Shown here: piece by piece, positions 24,739 to 34,592 of the stretch | Numbering within the stretch: the first letter of the stretch is position 1 | Layout of the letters: the number at the start of each line of letters is the position of its first letter | From: an uncultured Azospirillum sp. | Lineage (GTDB): Bacteria > Pseudomonadota > Alphaproteobacteria > Rickettsiales > UBA3002 | Length of the DNA stretch: 64,000 nt | Assembly: GCA_964530085.1 (NCBI GenBank) | Contig: CAZGXX010000007.1 | Span: 1,410 to 65,409, forward strand | Direction of reading: 5' to 3' | Program-made: the position numbers and the translations under genes | The notes under the pieces: model-generated | Told to the model about the DNA's origin: nothing | What the model saw: only the letters and a program-made list of their open reading frames with translations | Databases searched by the model: none

Positions 24739-25239
24739 ATGGATATTCACGCCCTCATTGTTCCCGGCCTAACCCTCGCCCTTGCGGCGCTGATGCTGTG
24801 GGTGATGTATACCGATGCAACGCGCTACACGATCAGCAATCGGTTGAACGCAGTGATTCTCGGCCTGTTCGTCTTCGCAGCAATTTTTCTACCCGTCGCG
24901 CCTGAGGCACTCGGTGCCGCAGCAATTTTCTTTGTGATTGGCCTCGGCCTGTTCGCGCTCGGCCTGATGGGTGGGGGGGATGTGAAGCTCCTCACCGTGC
25001 TGACACTGTGGACCGGGTGGCATGTGGCCACGCTCAATTTTTTCTTCCTTACCGCCCTGTTTGGCGGGGTTCTGGTGCTGGTGGTGCTGCTCTTGCGATT
25101 TTTTGTACCGCGTCTCAGAAAGACAGGAAAACCACTGTCTCGGTTGCTAACACGCAAGGAGCCGGTGCCCTATGGCATTGCCATTGCAATGGCGTTTCTG
25201 TGGCTGTTATGGGTGGGTGGCGTGCCGATTTTGAATTAG
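24739..25239 (+). CDS. A24-family prepilin peptidase (CpaA-like)
   Basis: Internal start MDIHALIV of ORF 24001..25239. 166 aa, polytopic, with the GGGDVKL motif. Confidence 0.7.
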   Translation: MDIHALIVPGLTLALAALMLWVMYTDATRYTISNRLNAVILGLFVFAAIFLPVAPEALGAAAIFFVIGLGLFALGLMGGGDVKLLTVLTLWTGWHVATLNFFFLTALFGGVLVLVVLLLRFFVPRLRKTGKPLSRLLTRKEPVPYGIAIAMAFLWLLWVGGVPILN

Positions 25240-26105
25240 GCCGCTTCTTTTGCCAGCGGAATCCGCCGTCCCCGCGCGATCGCGAGTTCGTGGTTGAATT
25301 CCGCGCCGTAGATGAAGATGAGCAGCATCACGTAGAAGAAAATCAGCGTGGCGATGAAGCCTGAAAGCGAGCCGTAAATCACCGTGAGCTGGCTGATTTC
25401 GCTGAGGTAGAACGACACGCCATACGCGCCGACGCCCCAGAGCAGTACGACGAGCAACGCACCGGGAACCACGTCTGACAGGCGCTGGTCAAGGCTCGGC
25501 AGCACATAGTAGAGGCTCGCGACCACCACCAGCAGCGACGCCGCGCCGATATAGAGAAAATAGTCGCTGACGAACTGGCGCAGCTCGAGCGGCACGGCGA
25601 TGCCGGTAAGCGTGGTGAAATGCGTCATTACGATCGGCGTAATCACCAGCACCAGCATGACCGAGAGAATCAGCAGCGTGAAAATCAGCACCTGCAGGAT
25701 GGAGCGGAAACGCCGCGCGAAATAGGCATGGCGCGCAGGCACGCGGTATGCACGGTTGAGCATGCCGCGAATACCCTCGATGGCCGATGACGACGTCCAG
25801 ATCGCGCCGAGAATCGCGAAGGTGAGCAAGCCCTGCGGCGGGCCGGAGATGATTTCGACAATGCGCGGGCGAATGGTGGCGACCGCCTCGGAAGGCAAAT
25901 GCGCGAGCACGAGTTCAATGACTTCGCGCCCGGTTTCGCCTTGCCCCACTAGCCCGGCCGCCGAGACCATCAGCACCAGATATGGGAAAATTGACAGCAG
26001 CAGCGTGAAGGTGAGGTAGCCCGCCATCTCGATGCCGAAATTATCGACCATATTGTCGCCCGCGCGATAGAACAGTCGTGCCCAATGTATGATGCGTTTT
26101 GTCAT
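25236..26105 (-). CDS. YihY/BrkB family membrane protein
   Basis: GYLTFTLLLSIFPYLVLMVS...IFFYVMLLIFIYGAEFNHE is typical of the YihY (formerly called RNase BN) family. Confidence 0.85.
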   Translation of the reverse strand: MTKRIIHWARLFYRAGDNMVDNFGIEMAGYLTFTLLLSIFPYLVLMVSAAGLVGQGETGREVIELVLAHLPSEAVATIRPRIVEIISGPPQGLLTFAILGAIWTSSSAIEGIRGMLNRAYRVPARHAYFARRFRSILQVLIFTLLILSVMLVLVITPIVMTHFTTLTGIAVPLELRQFVSDYFLYIGAASLLVVVASLYYVLPSLDQRLSDVVPGALLVVLLWGVGAYGVSFYLSEISQLTVIYGSLSGFIATLIFFYVMLLIFIYGAEFNHELAIARGRRIPLAKEAA

Positions 26106-26235
26106 ATGGGGAGTATAGGCGGTGGCGTCAGGGAATCAAGGTGAGATGGGGATGATCGCCCTCAATCAATCCCGCATTGTGAAAAGGGTGGATGCGTGCT
26201 AACACCGTCTCATCCATCTTTTCACGAGGCTTTTT

Positions 26236-27849
26236 ATGACCCAATCCGCATCGCTCGCGACCACGAAACAACTGCCGAAAATTCACGGTGCCATTGCGCC
26301 GGAACATCGGTTCTTATTCTCCGACGACGCGATGGCCTTCGTCGGTGCGCTGGTGGAGCGGTTTGGCGCGCGGCGCGACGAGCTGTTGTTTCAACGTGCA
26401 GCGCGGCAGGTGGTGTTCAACAACGGATCGCTGCCGGATTTTAAACCGGAAACCAAACATATTCGCGAGGGTGAGTGGACGGTGGCGCCCATCCCCGCCG
26501 ACCTGCTCGACCGCCGTGTGGAAATCACCGGCCCGGCGGAACCGAAGATGATTATCAACGCGCTCAACAGCGGTGCAAAAGTATTCATGGCCGACCTTGA
26601 GGATTCGCTGTCGCCGACCTGGGAGCGGGTGGTGGAAGGCCAGCATGCGCTGTATGACGCGGTGCGTGGGACGTTGAGTTTCAGCAGTCCGGAAGGGAAA
26701 AAATACAAGCTGAACGATAGTAATCTTGCTACATTAATCGTGCGTCCGCGCGGGTGGCATCTGCCGGAAAACCACGTGACGATGGGCGATGCGCCCATCC
26801 CCGGCGCGCTGCTTGATTTTGGGTTATATTTCTTCCACAACGCGGCGGAGCGCATCAAACGCGGCACGGGGCCGTATTTCTATATCCCCAAGCAGGAGAA
26901 CGCGGCGGAAGCGCAGCTCTGGGCGGATGTGTTCGCCTTCGCCGAGGAATATTGCGGCATCCCCCACGGCTCCATCAAAGCGACGGTGCTGATCGAGGTG
27001 GTGACAGCAACGTTCGAGATGCACGAGATTCTCTACGCGCTGAAGGACTACGCCGTCGGCCTCAATTGCGGACGCTGGGATTATATTTTCTCCGTCATCA
27101 AAAAATTCCACGCGCGCGCGGATTTCGTGATGCCGGATCGCACGCAGATCGGTATGGGCGTGCATTTTCTGAAGAGCTATTCCGAGCTGCTGATTCAGAC
27201 CTGCCATAAGCGCGGCGCGTTCGCGATGGGCGGCATGTCGGCGTTCATCCCCGTGAAGGGCGACGAAGCGGCGAACGACAAGGCGTTTGCCGCGGTGCGT
27301 GCGGACAAGGAACGCGAGGCCAGCAACGGCCATGACGGTACGTGGGTCGCGCATCCCGGCCTTATTCCCGTGGCGATGGAAGTGTTCGACCGCCTGATGC
27401 CAAACCAAAACCAGCGCGACAAGCTACGATTGGATGTCAATGTAACAGCGAAAGATTTGCTGACTGTGCCGCAAGGGACAATCACCGAAGCAGGTGTGCG
27501 TAACAGCATTTCCGTCGCGATTCAGTACACCGCGCATTGGCTCGGCGGCTCGGGCTGCGTGCCGCTGTTCAACCTGATGGAAGATGCGGCAACGGCAGAA
27601 ATTTCGCGCAGCCAGCTCTGGCAGTGGCTGCACCACAAGGCGAAGCTCGACACAGGCGCGGTGATTACGGCCGAGATGCTGGTGCGCCTAGCCGAGGAAG
27701 AAATGCAGGTGATTCGCAGCGCGGTGGGCGAGGCGCAGTTTAACGCCATTCCCTACACCCGCGCGCACGCACTGGTGATGCGGCTGACGATGAACGAGGA
27801 ATATACCGAGTTCCTGACGCTGCCTGCTTACGCCGCGCTGGCTGTTTAA
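26236..27849 (+). CDS. aceB: malate synthase A
   Basis: RRVEITGP...NALNSGAKVFMADLEDS...RPRGWHL...GPYFYIPK...NCGRWDYIFS over 537 aa. Confidence 0.95.
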   Translation: MTQSASLATTKQLPKIHGAIAPEHRFLFSDDAMAFVGALVERFGARRDELLFQRAARQVVFNNGSLPDFKPETKHIREGEWTVAPIPADLLDRRVEITGPAEPKMIINALNSGAKVFMADLEDSLSPTWERVVEGQHALYDAVRGTLSFSSPEGKKYKLNDSNLATLIVRPRGWHLPENHVTMGDAPIPGALLDFGLYFFHNAAERIKRGTGPYFYIPKQENAAEAQLWADVFAFAEEYCGIPHGSIKATVLIEVVTATFEMHEILYALKDYAVGLNCGRWDYIFSVIKKFHARADFVMPDRTQIGMGVHFLKSYSELLIQTCHKRGAFAMGGMSAFIPVKGDEAANDKAFAAVRADKEREASNGHDGTWVAHPGLIPVAMEVFDRLMPNQNQRDKLRLDVNVTAKDLLTVPQGTITEAGVRNSISVAIQYTAHWLGGSGCVPLFNLMEDAATAEISRSQLWQWLHHKAKLDTGAVITAEMLVRLAEEEMQVIRSAVGEAQFNAIPYTRAHALVMRLTMNEEYTEFLTLPAYAALAV

Positions 27850-27850
27850 T

Positions 27851-28759
27851 ATGGCGTCTGGCTCGACCAAAGTTATCCTCGCGGCGCTCGCCGGGAATGC
27901 GCTGATTGCGGTGACGAAATTCGCCGCGGCGTTTTATACCGGTTCCTCCGCCATGCTTTCAGAGGCGGTGCATTCGCTGGTGGATAGTGGCAATCAGCTG
28001 CTGTTGCTGCATGGCATGAAACGCGCCGCGCGCCCAGCGGATGCATTGCATCCGTTCGGTTATGCGCGCGAGATTTATTTCTGGGCGTTCGTGGTAGCGA
28101 TGATGATTTTCGCGCTTGGCGGCGGCATCTCGATCTATGAGGGCATTCATAAAATCCAGCATCCGGAGCCGATGCAAAGTGCCATCATCAACTATATCGT
28201 GCTCGGCCTCTCGATGCTGTTTGAAGGTGGCTCCACGTTTGTGGCTTACCGTGAGTTCAATAAAGTACGCGGGAATCTTGGGTATCTTGCGGCGCTGCGT
28301 GCGAGCAAAGACCCGGCGCTATTCACCGTGCTGCTCGAGGACGGTGCGGCGATGGTGGGGCTTGCCACAGCATTCATCGGTATTGCGCTCTCGCAATCGC
28401 TCGGCCTCGCGTGGATTGACGGCGCCACTTCCGTTGTCATCGGCCTCATTTTATTATCGGCTTCGGCCTTCCTCGCCGTGCAAAGTAAGGCGTTGCTGAT
28501 TGGTGAAAGCGCCGAGCCGGAAGTGGTCGAAGGCATCCGCACGATGATTCTAGCGCTGCCGGAAATCGAGGCGGTAGATGCAGTGATGACGCAGCATTTA
28601 GGACCGCAGGAAGTGCTGGTGAATGTGGCGTGCGACTTTGTCGATAGCCTCAGCGCCGAGCAGGTAGAGCAGTGTATACTGCGCATGCGCGGGGCACTGC
28701 AAACGGCTTACCCCTCGGTGACACATCTGTTCGTTGAGGCTAGACCGACCGAAGGCTAA
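27851..28759 (+). CDS. cation diffusion facilitator (CDF) family transporter
   Basis: SSAMLSEAVHSLVDSGNQ...HPFGYAREIYFWAF followed by a C-terminal cytoplasmic domain. Confidence 0.9.
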   Translation: MASGSTKVILAALAGNALIAVTKFAAAFYTGSSAMLSEAVHSLVDSGNQLLLLHGMKRAARPADALHPFGYAREIYFWAFVVAMMIFALGGGISIYEGIHKIQHPEPMQSAIINYIVLGLSMLFEGGSTFVAYREFNKVRGNLGYLAALRASKDPALFTVLLEDGAAMVGLATAFIGIALSQSLGLAWIDGATSVVIGLILLSASAFLAVQSKALLIGESAEPEVVEGIRTMILALPEIEAVDAVMTQHLGPQEVLVNVACDFVDSLSAEQVEQCILRMRGALQTAYPSVTHLFVEARPTEG

Positions 28760-28765
28760 CCGTGC

Positions 28766-29257
28766 TTAGAGCGGATAGCTGTAGACAAACTGGATGGTCT
28801 CAACCCCCGGGTTGCGGTCGCCAATATTCGCGTTGCTCAAGTGGCTGATGGCAGCTCCTACGCGCTGGCCGTCGTCGAACTTATAGGTGACCTCAAGCGA
28901 CGAACGGAACTCGAGTCCCAGCCCAAGGTCTTTGCTATCGCCCTGTTTGTAAGCGCCTACAGCGGTGCCGGGCGTAATGATAATCGGCGCGATGCCCAGC
29001 GGCAGATCCCAGTTGATTCCGGCAAAGCCATACATCGCGCTGTCGGAGTTGCCGAGGATACCAACCGTCGGGCGCAGGCCGTAATATTGGTCGGGGAAGC
29101 GGTATTCGATGCCTGCCTCGGTGGATTGATACTCGCGGGCGCGCATCACCGAATATTCACCAGCATGAAGCACTATGTCGCTGCCTTTGCGCTCTGCGGC
29201 TTCGGCGGCGGTGGTGTAAAGAAGAAGGCTGGCAACGGCAACAAGTACATGACGCAT
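28766..29257 (-). CDS. PagL-like acyloxyacyl hydrolase / lipid A 3-O-deacylase family outer-membrane protein
   Basis: Trimmed to MRHVLVAVASLLLYTTAAEA (signal peptide). The C-terminal SHLSNANIG...NPGVETIQFVYSYPL carries the H-x-S-N catalytic motif of PagL. Confidence 0.65.
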   Translation of the reverse strand: MRHVLVAVASLLLYTTAAEAAERKGSDIVLHAGEYSVMRAREYQSTEAGIEYRFPDQYYGLRPTVGILGNSDSAMYGFAGINWDLPLGIAPIIITPGTAVGAYKQGDSKDLGLGLEFRSSLEVTYKFDDGQRVGAAISHLSNANIGDRNPGVETIQFVYSYPL

Positions 29258-29326
29258 CGGGCGACCTCTGATAGGAATAAACATGTTGTTAGTAGTAACC
29301 CTCTCACCCGAACCTGCAATCGTTTT

Positions 29327-30004
29327 ATGCATTATCTTTCGTGCGCGTTGATCCTGATGCTACTGGTTATTAGCAAACCGGCGCTTGCCGCGCGTGAGGT
29401 GGTGATGGCGGTGAAAGATGACCACACGCTGGTGCTGGGGACGACAGGCGCTGCGCGATTTGCCGAGCTGGTGATGCCGGATGCGGCGCTGGCGCAAGCA
29501 TGGCTGGCAGAGCATGTGCTACAACAAAATATCGAAGTGGCAGCGCTCGGTGAAGACCGCTATGGCCGCATGCAGGTAGCAAGCGATGCCGCGGCGGCGA
29601 TGCTACGCGCGGGTGCGGCAGTTTATTTTCCGCAACGCGATGCGAACGAAAATTATGTTGCAGCGGAAAGTCAAGCGCGTGCAGCAAAACGACGAATCTG
29701 GGCTGAGAACGGCTTTGTGCTGACACCAGAAAATGCTGCAGATCACATCGGTGAATTTCATGTGGTGGAGGGTGCCATCACACGCGTCTATCAGGGAAAG
29801 AATGAACTGATTCTCAATTTCGGTGACCGCTGGCAGGAGGATTTTTCTGTGATGGTGAAAGGCCGCGCGCGCCGCGCGTTTGAAGATGCCTTTGCCTATC
29901 TCGGAGAGGGTGCATGGGTGCGCGTGCGTGGCACAATCATTCAAGAAAACGGCCCGATGCTGCGTCTTACCGCCCCGGCGCAGATGGAAGTTATTTCGCG
30001 ATGA
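29327..30004 (+). CDS. thermonuclease (SNase-like) family secreted protein
   Basis: Internal start MHYLSCALILMLLVISKPALA (signal peptide) within ORF 28841..30004. The AESQARAAKRRIWAE segment resembles the SNase-family C-terminal block. Confidence 0.55.
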   Translation: MHYLSCALILMLLVISKPALAAREVVMAVKDDHTLVLGTTGAARFAELVMPDAALAQAWLAEHVLQQNIEVAALGEDRYGRMQVASDAAAAMLRAGAAVYFPQRDANENYVAAESQARAAKRRIWAENGFVLTPENAADHIGEFHVVEGAITRVYQGKNELILNFGDRWQEDFSVMVKGRARRAFEDAFAYLGEGAWVRVRGTIIQENGPMLRLTAPAQMEVISR

Positions 30005-30007
30005 AAG

Positions 30008-30026
30008 AAGGGGGAAAGTCCCCCTT
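30008..30026. terminator. hairpin between convergent genes
   Basis: AAGGGGG-aaagt-CCCCCTT gives a 7-bp perfect stem. It lies between the SNase-like stop (30004) and the degP stop (30034). Confidence 0.5.
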
Positions 30027-30033
30027 CAGGAAA

Positions 30034-31476
30034 TTACTTCACTGGCACGGTCGCGAAGAGAAAATCACCGTTGCGGAAGACGCGTAGTAGCGCAAAATCA
30101 CGCCCTGCTTTTTTCGCGGCGACGAGTGCTTTCTGCACATCGGCGGCGGATTCAGCAGCGCTCTCGTTCGCTTCCACAATCACGTCACCGGGTTGTAGGC
30201 CGCGCTTGGCGGCTTCGCCCGCGCGGTCGAGCGCGTCGATCACCATGCCCTTCACGTTGGCGGGGATGTTGAGTTGCGCGCGCAATTCCTTGCTGAGCGG
30301 AATGAGGCTCATGCCCAGCACCTTCGGTTCGGCCGCTTTGCTGGCAGGCTTGTCGCCCTTCGCAGGAGCGGCGCTTTTTTCATCCGGCAGCGTGCCGACG
30401 GTAACGCTCGCTGCCTGCTCGCGCCCTTTGCGCCAGTAGGTGATGGTGGCTTTCGTCCCCGTTTTCATTTCGGCGACATAGCGCGGCAGCTTGCGCATTT
30501 CATCGATGTCGCGCGTGTCGAGCTTGAGGATGACATCGCCCGCTTGCAGCCCGGCCTTATCGGCAGGACCGCCGGGGCTGACTTCGTTGATGAGCGCGCC
30601 GCGCGCCTTGCCGAGGCCGAGCGAGTTGGCGAGTTCATCTGACACGGGCTCGATCTTGACACCCATCCATCCGCGATGGATGGTGCCGAATTCGCGCAGC
30701 TGGCCGACGACGGATTTGACCATCGCCGAGGGCACCGCAAAGCCGATGCCGATATTGCCGCCCGTCGGCGAGAAAATGGCGGAGTTGACGCCGACCACTT
30801 CGCCGCGCGTGTTGAAGAGTGGCCCACCGGAATTGCCGCGGTTGATAGCGGCGTCGGTCTGGATAAAATCATCGAACGGCCCGGCGTTGATGTTGCGCCC
30901 ACGTGCGGAGACAATGCCCGCAGAGACAGAGCCACCAAGGCCAAATGGGTTGCCGATGGCAATCACCCAGTCGCCCACGCGCATGGCGTCGGAGTCACCG
31001 AACTTCACGGCGGTGAGGGGTTTATCAGACTTTACTTTGAGGAGTGCGAGGTCGGTTTTTTCGTCGCGGCCAACGATGGTGGCGGGCAGGCGCGTGTTGT
31101 TGGCGAAGATCACCGTGATCGCATCCGCCTTGCCGACGACATGGTTGTTGGTGACGACATAGCCCGACTCATCGATCACGAAGCCAGAGCCAAGCGAGGT
31201 GACTTCGCGCTCAGGCATGTCGCCGCCGGGAATTGCGCCGAACTGGCGGAAAAGCTGCCTGAATTGCTGGCCTTGCGGTGTATCGGGGATGCCCTCGAAA
31301 TCAAACATCGGACCCATTTGTTGCGCGACTTTTTGCGAGGTGGAAATGTTCACGACCGCCGGTATCAGCGGCTCGATAATGGGCGAGAACGATTCCGGCG
31401 GTGCGCTGTGTGCCGCAGGGGCGGTGAGGAATGCAAGCGCTGCAAAAGCGATGAGGATAGGACTGCGAAGTTTCAT
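30034..31476 (-). CDS. degP: periplasmic serine endoprotease DegP/DegQ (HtrA family, two PDZ domains)
   Basis: Signal peptide, then the catalytic His/Asp/Ser context TNNHVV...D.ALLK...GNSGGPLFN, then two PDZ-like segments. Confidence 0.95.
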   Translation of the reverse strand: MKLRSPILIAFAALAFLTAPAAHSAPPESFSPIIEPLIPAVVNISTSQKVAQQMGPMFDFEGIPDTPQGQQFRQLFRQFGAIPGGDMPEREVTSLGSGFVIDESGYVVTNNHVVGKADAITVIFANNTRLPATIVGRDEKTDLALLKVKSDKPLTAVKFGDSDAMRVGDWVIAIGNPFGLGGSVSAGIVSARGRNINAGPFDDFIQTDAAINRGNSGGPLFNTRGEVVGVNSAIFSPTGGNIGIGFAVPSAMVKSVVGQLREFGTIHRGWMGVKIEPVSDELANSLGLGKARGALINEVSPGGPADKAGLQAGDVILKLDTRDIDEMRKLPRYVAEMKTGTKATITYWRKGREQAASVTVGTLPDEKSAAPAKGDKPASKAAEPKVLGMSLIPLSKELRAQLNIPANVKGMVIDALDRAGEAAKRGLQPGDVIVEANESAAESAADVQKALVAAKKAGRDFALLRVFRNGDFLFATVPVK

Positions 31477-31608
31477 GGCAAGAGACTCCTTAAGTTTAGG
31501 TCATGCGGAACATGTTTGGCATCCCTCTATTTAGGTAGGATGCGCCCTGAAACAAGTTCAGCGTGACAGGAATATAGTGGCACAAGCTGAAGCGAACATG
31601 ACGAAGGC

Positions 31609-32538
31609 CTAGTGGTTCATTTCCTTCAGGAAGCCGCTGTCGGGCGAGAGCACGAGGCTGGTATCGCTGCTGCTGAGCGTGGTGCGATAGGCCTGAAGCG
31701 AGCGGTAGAATTTAAAAAATTCTGGATCGCGCCCATAGGCTTCGGCATAGATTTTTGAGGCCTCTGCGTCGCCTTCACCGCGCGTGATTTCGGCGGTTTT
31801 ACGCGCATTGGCGAGCAGCTCGGTGCGTTCGCGTTCGGCAGAGGCGCGAATCTGCGTGGCTTTCTCCTCACCCTCAGCACGGAAACGCTGCGCTTCTTTG
31901 GTGAAGTTTTTGCGCATCCGCTCGTAGGTCGATTGCGAAATATCCGACGGCAAATCCGCACGGACAAAACGTAGATCCACCAGCTCCACGCCGAAGCCCT
32001 GCACGTTGCCACCCGCCGTACGGCTGGTCGTTTTGGCGGCAACACCCGGTGCCGCGCTCGCCTGCGCATTCACGCTCGCCTTGATTTTCTGCATGATCGC
32101 GCCACGCTCGCTCGACAATAAATCATTGAGCGAATAGCCTCCCAGCACGCGCCGCATGCTCGACAGCACAATGGAATTGAGGCGCGTTTTTAGCCCCGCC
32201 TCGTTGCGCACGGATTGGTAGAATTGCACCGGATCGACAATACGGTAGCGCACGAAGGCATCGATCACCACGCGCTCATCCACATTGGTTTCACGGTTGC
32301 TGGTGATGAATTCTGCCGGTTGCGCATCGAACTCGAGAATGCGCTTATCGAAGAGCATGACGTCCTGCACGAAGGGCAGTTTGGCGTGTAGCCCCGGCGT
32401 TTGCACCACGCGGCGGATATCGCCGAATTGCAACACCAGCGCCTGCCCGGTTTGCGGCACCACAAACAAGGTGGTGTTAATGAGGATGAGCGCGCCTGCA
32501 AGAGCGAGGCCGAGCTTGAGCATGAAGAGATTATTCAT
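31609..32538 (-). CDS. hflC: protease modulator HflC
   Basis: N-terminal TM followed by an SPFH domain, directly downstream of hflK. Confidence 0.9.
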   Translation of the reverse strand: MNNLFMLKLGLALAGALILINTTLFVVPQTGQALVLQFGDIRRVVQTPGLHAKLPFVQDVMLFDKRILEFDAQPAEFITSNRETNVDERVVIDAFVRYRIVDPVQFYQSVRNEAGLKTRLNSIVLSSMRRVLGGYSLNDLLSSERGAIMQKIKASVNAQASAAPGVAAKTTSRTAGGNVQGFGVELVDLRFVRADLPSDISQSTYERMRKNFTKEAQRFRAEGEEKATQIRASAERERTELLANARKTAEITRGEGDAEASKIYAEAYGRDPEFFKFYRSLQAYRTTLSSSDTSLVLSPDSGFLKEMNH

Positions 32539-32546
32539 AACGGCTC

Positions 32547-33743
32547 CTAATTCGTTTTCGCTGCAGGGGCAGCAGCGGGTGCAGGTTGCGGCATGGCGAG
32601 TGGAAGCACCGGAACGGCACCGCCCGTGCGCGAAGAATCCACAATAATTTTCGGCATGTTTTTCAGCACGGTTTCCATCGTCTCGAGATACATGCGGCGG
32701 CGGGTGACGTCTTTCGCGTTCGCATATTCGGCATAAATCTGCTTGAAGCGCGAGGCATCCCCCTTCGCATCTGCGACCACGCGTGCCTTATAGCCTGCCG
32801 CGTCCTCCAGCATTTTGGAGGCGTCCCCCTTCGCACGGGGGATGATGTCGTTGCGGTAGCCCTCCGCCACGGATTCGGCGGTTTGCTTATCCTGCTCCGC
32901 ACGTTTCACGTCCTGGAATTCGTCGATCACTTCGCCCGGGACATCTGGTCGGCTGAGGTTGACAGCGATGACTTCGATACCTGCGTTATATTCGTTGAAC
33001 ATTTGCTGCATCAGCGCGCGGGTTTCTTCCGCGATCTGCGATTGTGCGCCAGTCAAGATATCGTCGAGCTTGTTGCGACCGATTACCTCGCGCATCGCGG
33101 ATTCGGCAGCGGGCTTCACGTTCGCCGCCGCGTCGCGCATGTTGAAGAGGAATTTTTCCGGGTGCGCCGCGTCGATTTTCCATTGCACTTCGAAATCGAT
33201 ATCGACAATGTTGCGGTCGCCCGTCAGCATCAGCCCCTCGCGGTTTTCGATGCCGCCACCGCTGACGGCGTTATCCATCATTGCTGCTTTGGCCACGCGC
33301 ACGTTCGGGTTTTCCACCGCGTTGCCACGGAAGCCGACTTCCACGCGGTTGACACTGGTGACGGAAGGGATCACTACTTGCTCGATGGGGAAAGGCAGGT
33401 GGTAGTTGAGGCCGGGTGTGGTGGTGCGGTTATAGGCGCCAAAGCGCATGACCACCCCGAGTTCGTCGGAGTTCACGCGGTAGATGCCAGAGGCCATCCA
33501 CAACGTTACGAGGCCAACAAACACCAGCACGAAGGGCGAAATCTCGCCGTCGCCGGTGGGGAGTTTGCCCGCCGCACCACGCATGCGTTCCTGCGCGTCG
33601 CGCATCAGTTTCTCGAGCGGGTTGTCGTTATTGCCACCGCCATTGCCGGAGGGGGTTGGCCCTTTGCCACCACCGCCGTTATTATTACCACCGCCGCTGC
33701 CGCCGGTTGGTTTTTTGCCCCATGGGTTGTTGGTCATAGACAA
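32547..33743 (-). CDS. hflK: protease modulator HflK
   Basis: Gly/Asn-rich N-terminus, a TM helix, an SPFH domain, and a C-terminal coiled coil. Confidence 0.9.
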   Translation of the reverse strand: MSMTNNPWGKKPTGGSGGGNNNGGGGKGPTPSGNGGGNNDNPLEKLMRDAQERMRGAAGKLPTGDGEISPFVLVFVGLVTLWMASGIYRVNSDELGVVMRFGAYNRTTTPGLNYHLPFPIEQVVIPSVTSVNRVEVGFRGNAVENPNVRVAKAAMMDNAVSGGGIENREGLMLTGDRNIVDIDFEVQWKIDAAHPEKFLFNMRDAAANVKPAAESAMREVIGRNKLDDILTGAQSQIAEETRALMQQMFNEYNAGIEVIAVNLSRPDVPGEVIDEFQDVKRAEQDKQTAESVAEGYRNDIIPRAKGDASKMLEDAAGYKARVVADAKGDASRFKQIYAEYANAKDVTRRRMYLETMETVLKNMPKIIVDSSRTGGAVPVLPLAMPQPAPAAAPAAKTN

Positions 33744-33813
33744 ATCCCTTTGTTTCTACTGTGCGGTCTTTATATAGAGTGCGAACCGAATCGCTTCAAG
33801 TTATAACCGCATT

Positions 33814-34590
33814 ATGAACATGCCACTGCGACCGCCGAGTATTAACCACGCGCCCGTGCCGGGCGTGGCGCGGATTATTGCGATTGCTTCCGGCAAGGGC
33901 GGCGTTGGGAAATCGACGGTGACTGTGAACCTCGCGCACGCGCTGACGGCTGCGGGAAAACGTGTCGGCATTCTCGATGCGGATATTTATGGCCCGAGTA
34001 TTCCACGTATGCTGGGGCTCGACACTTATCTGAAGCCCGAGATTGCGGATGGGCTGATGGTGCCGCCGATGGCGCACGGCATCCGCGCGATGTCGATGGC
34101 GCTGGTGACGGGTGACCAAGCCGCTGTGCTGCGCGCGCCGATGATCACCAAAGCGCTGGTGCAGTTTCTGCGGATGACGGCGTGGAGTTGCGATATTTTG
34201 CTGGTGGATCTGCCGCCGGGCACGGGCGATGTGACGTTGAGTCTGGCGCAGAATGCCAAACTCGATGGGGTGGTGATTGTGACGACGCCGCAGGACGTGG
34301 CGGTCATCGATGCCGATAAATGCGCCAGCGCGTTTCATAAATTACACGTGCCGATTCTCGGCATCGTGGAGAATATGGCGGCGTTCATCGCGCCGGATGG
34401 TAGCGCGCACGCGCTGTTCGGTGCAGGGGGTGGCGCGAAACTCGCTGCGAAATACCATGCGCCGCTGCTGGGTTCGCTGCCGCTCGACCCCGCCATCGGC
34501 ATCGCGGGGGATGCGGGCACGAACTACGCCACTACTGGCGGCAGCGCCGTCGCCGTCTTCGCAGAAATTGCTGGGAAGTTGGTGGGGTAG
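33814..34590 (+). CDS. apbC: Mrp/ApbC (NBP35) Fe-S cluster carrier ATPase
   Basis: IAIASGKGGVGKSTVTVNLA...DADIYGPSIP...DLPPGTGD...ENM. Confidence 0.9.
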   Translation: MNMPLRPPSINHAPVPGVARIIAIASGKGGVGKSTVTVNLAHALTAAGKRVGILDADIYGPSIPRMLGLDTYLKPEIADGLMVPPMAHGIRAMSMALVTGDQAAVLRAPMITKALVQFLRMTAWSCDILLVDLPPGTGDVTLSLAQNAKLDGVVIVTTPQDVAVIDADKCASAFHKLHVPILGIVENMAAFIAPDGSAHALFGAGGGAKLAAKYHAPLLGSLPLDPAIGIAGDAGTNYATTGGSAVAVFAEIAGKLVG

Positions 34591-34592
34591 CG

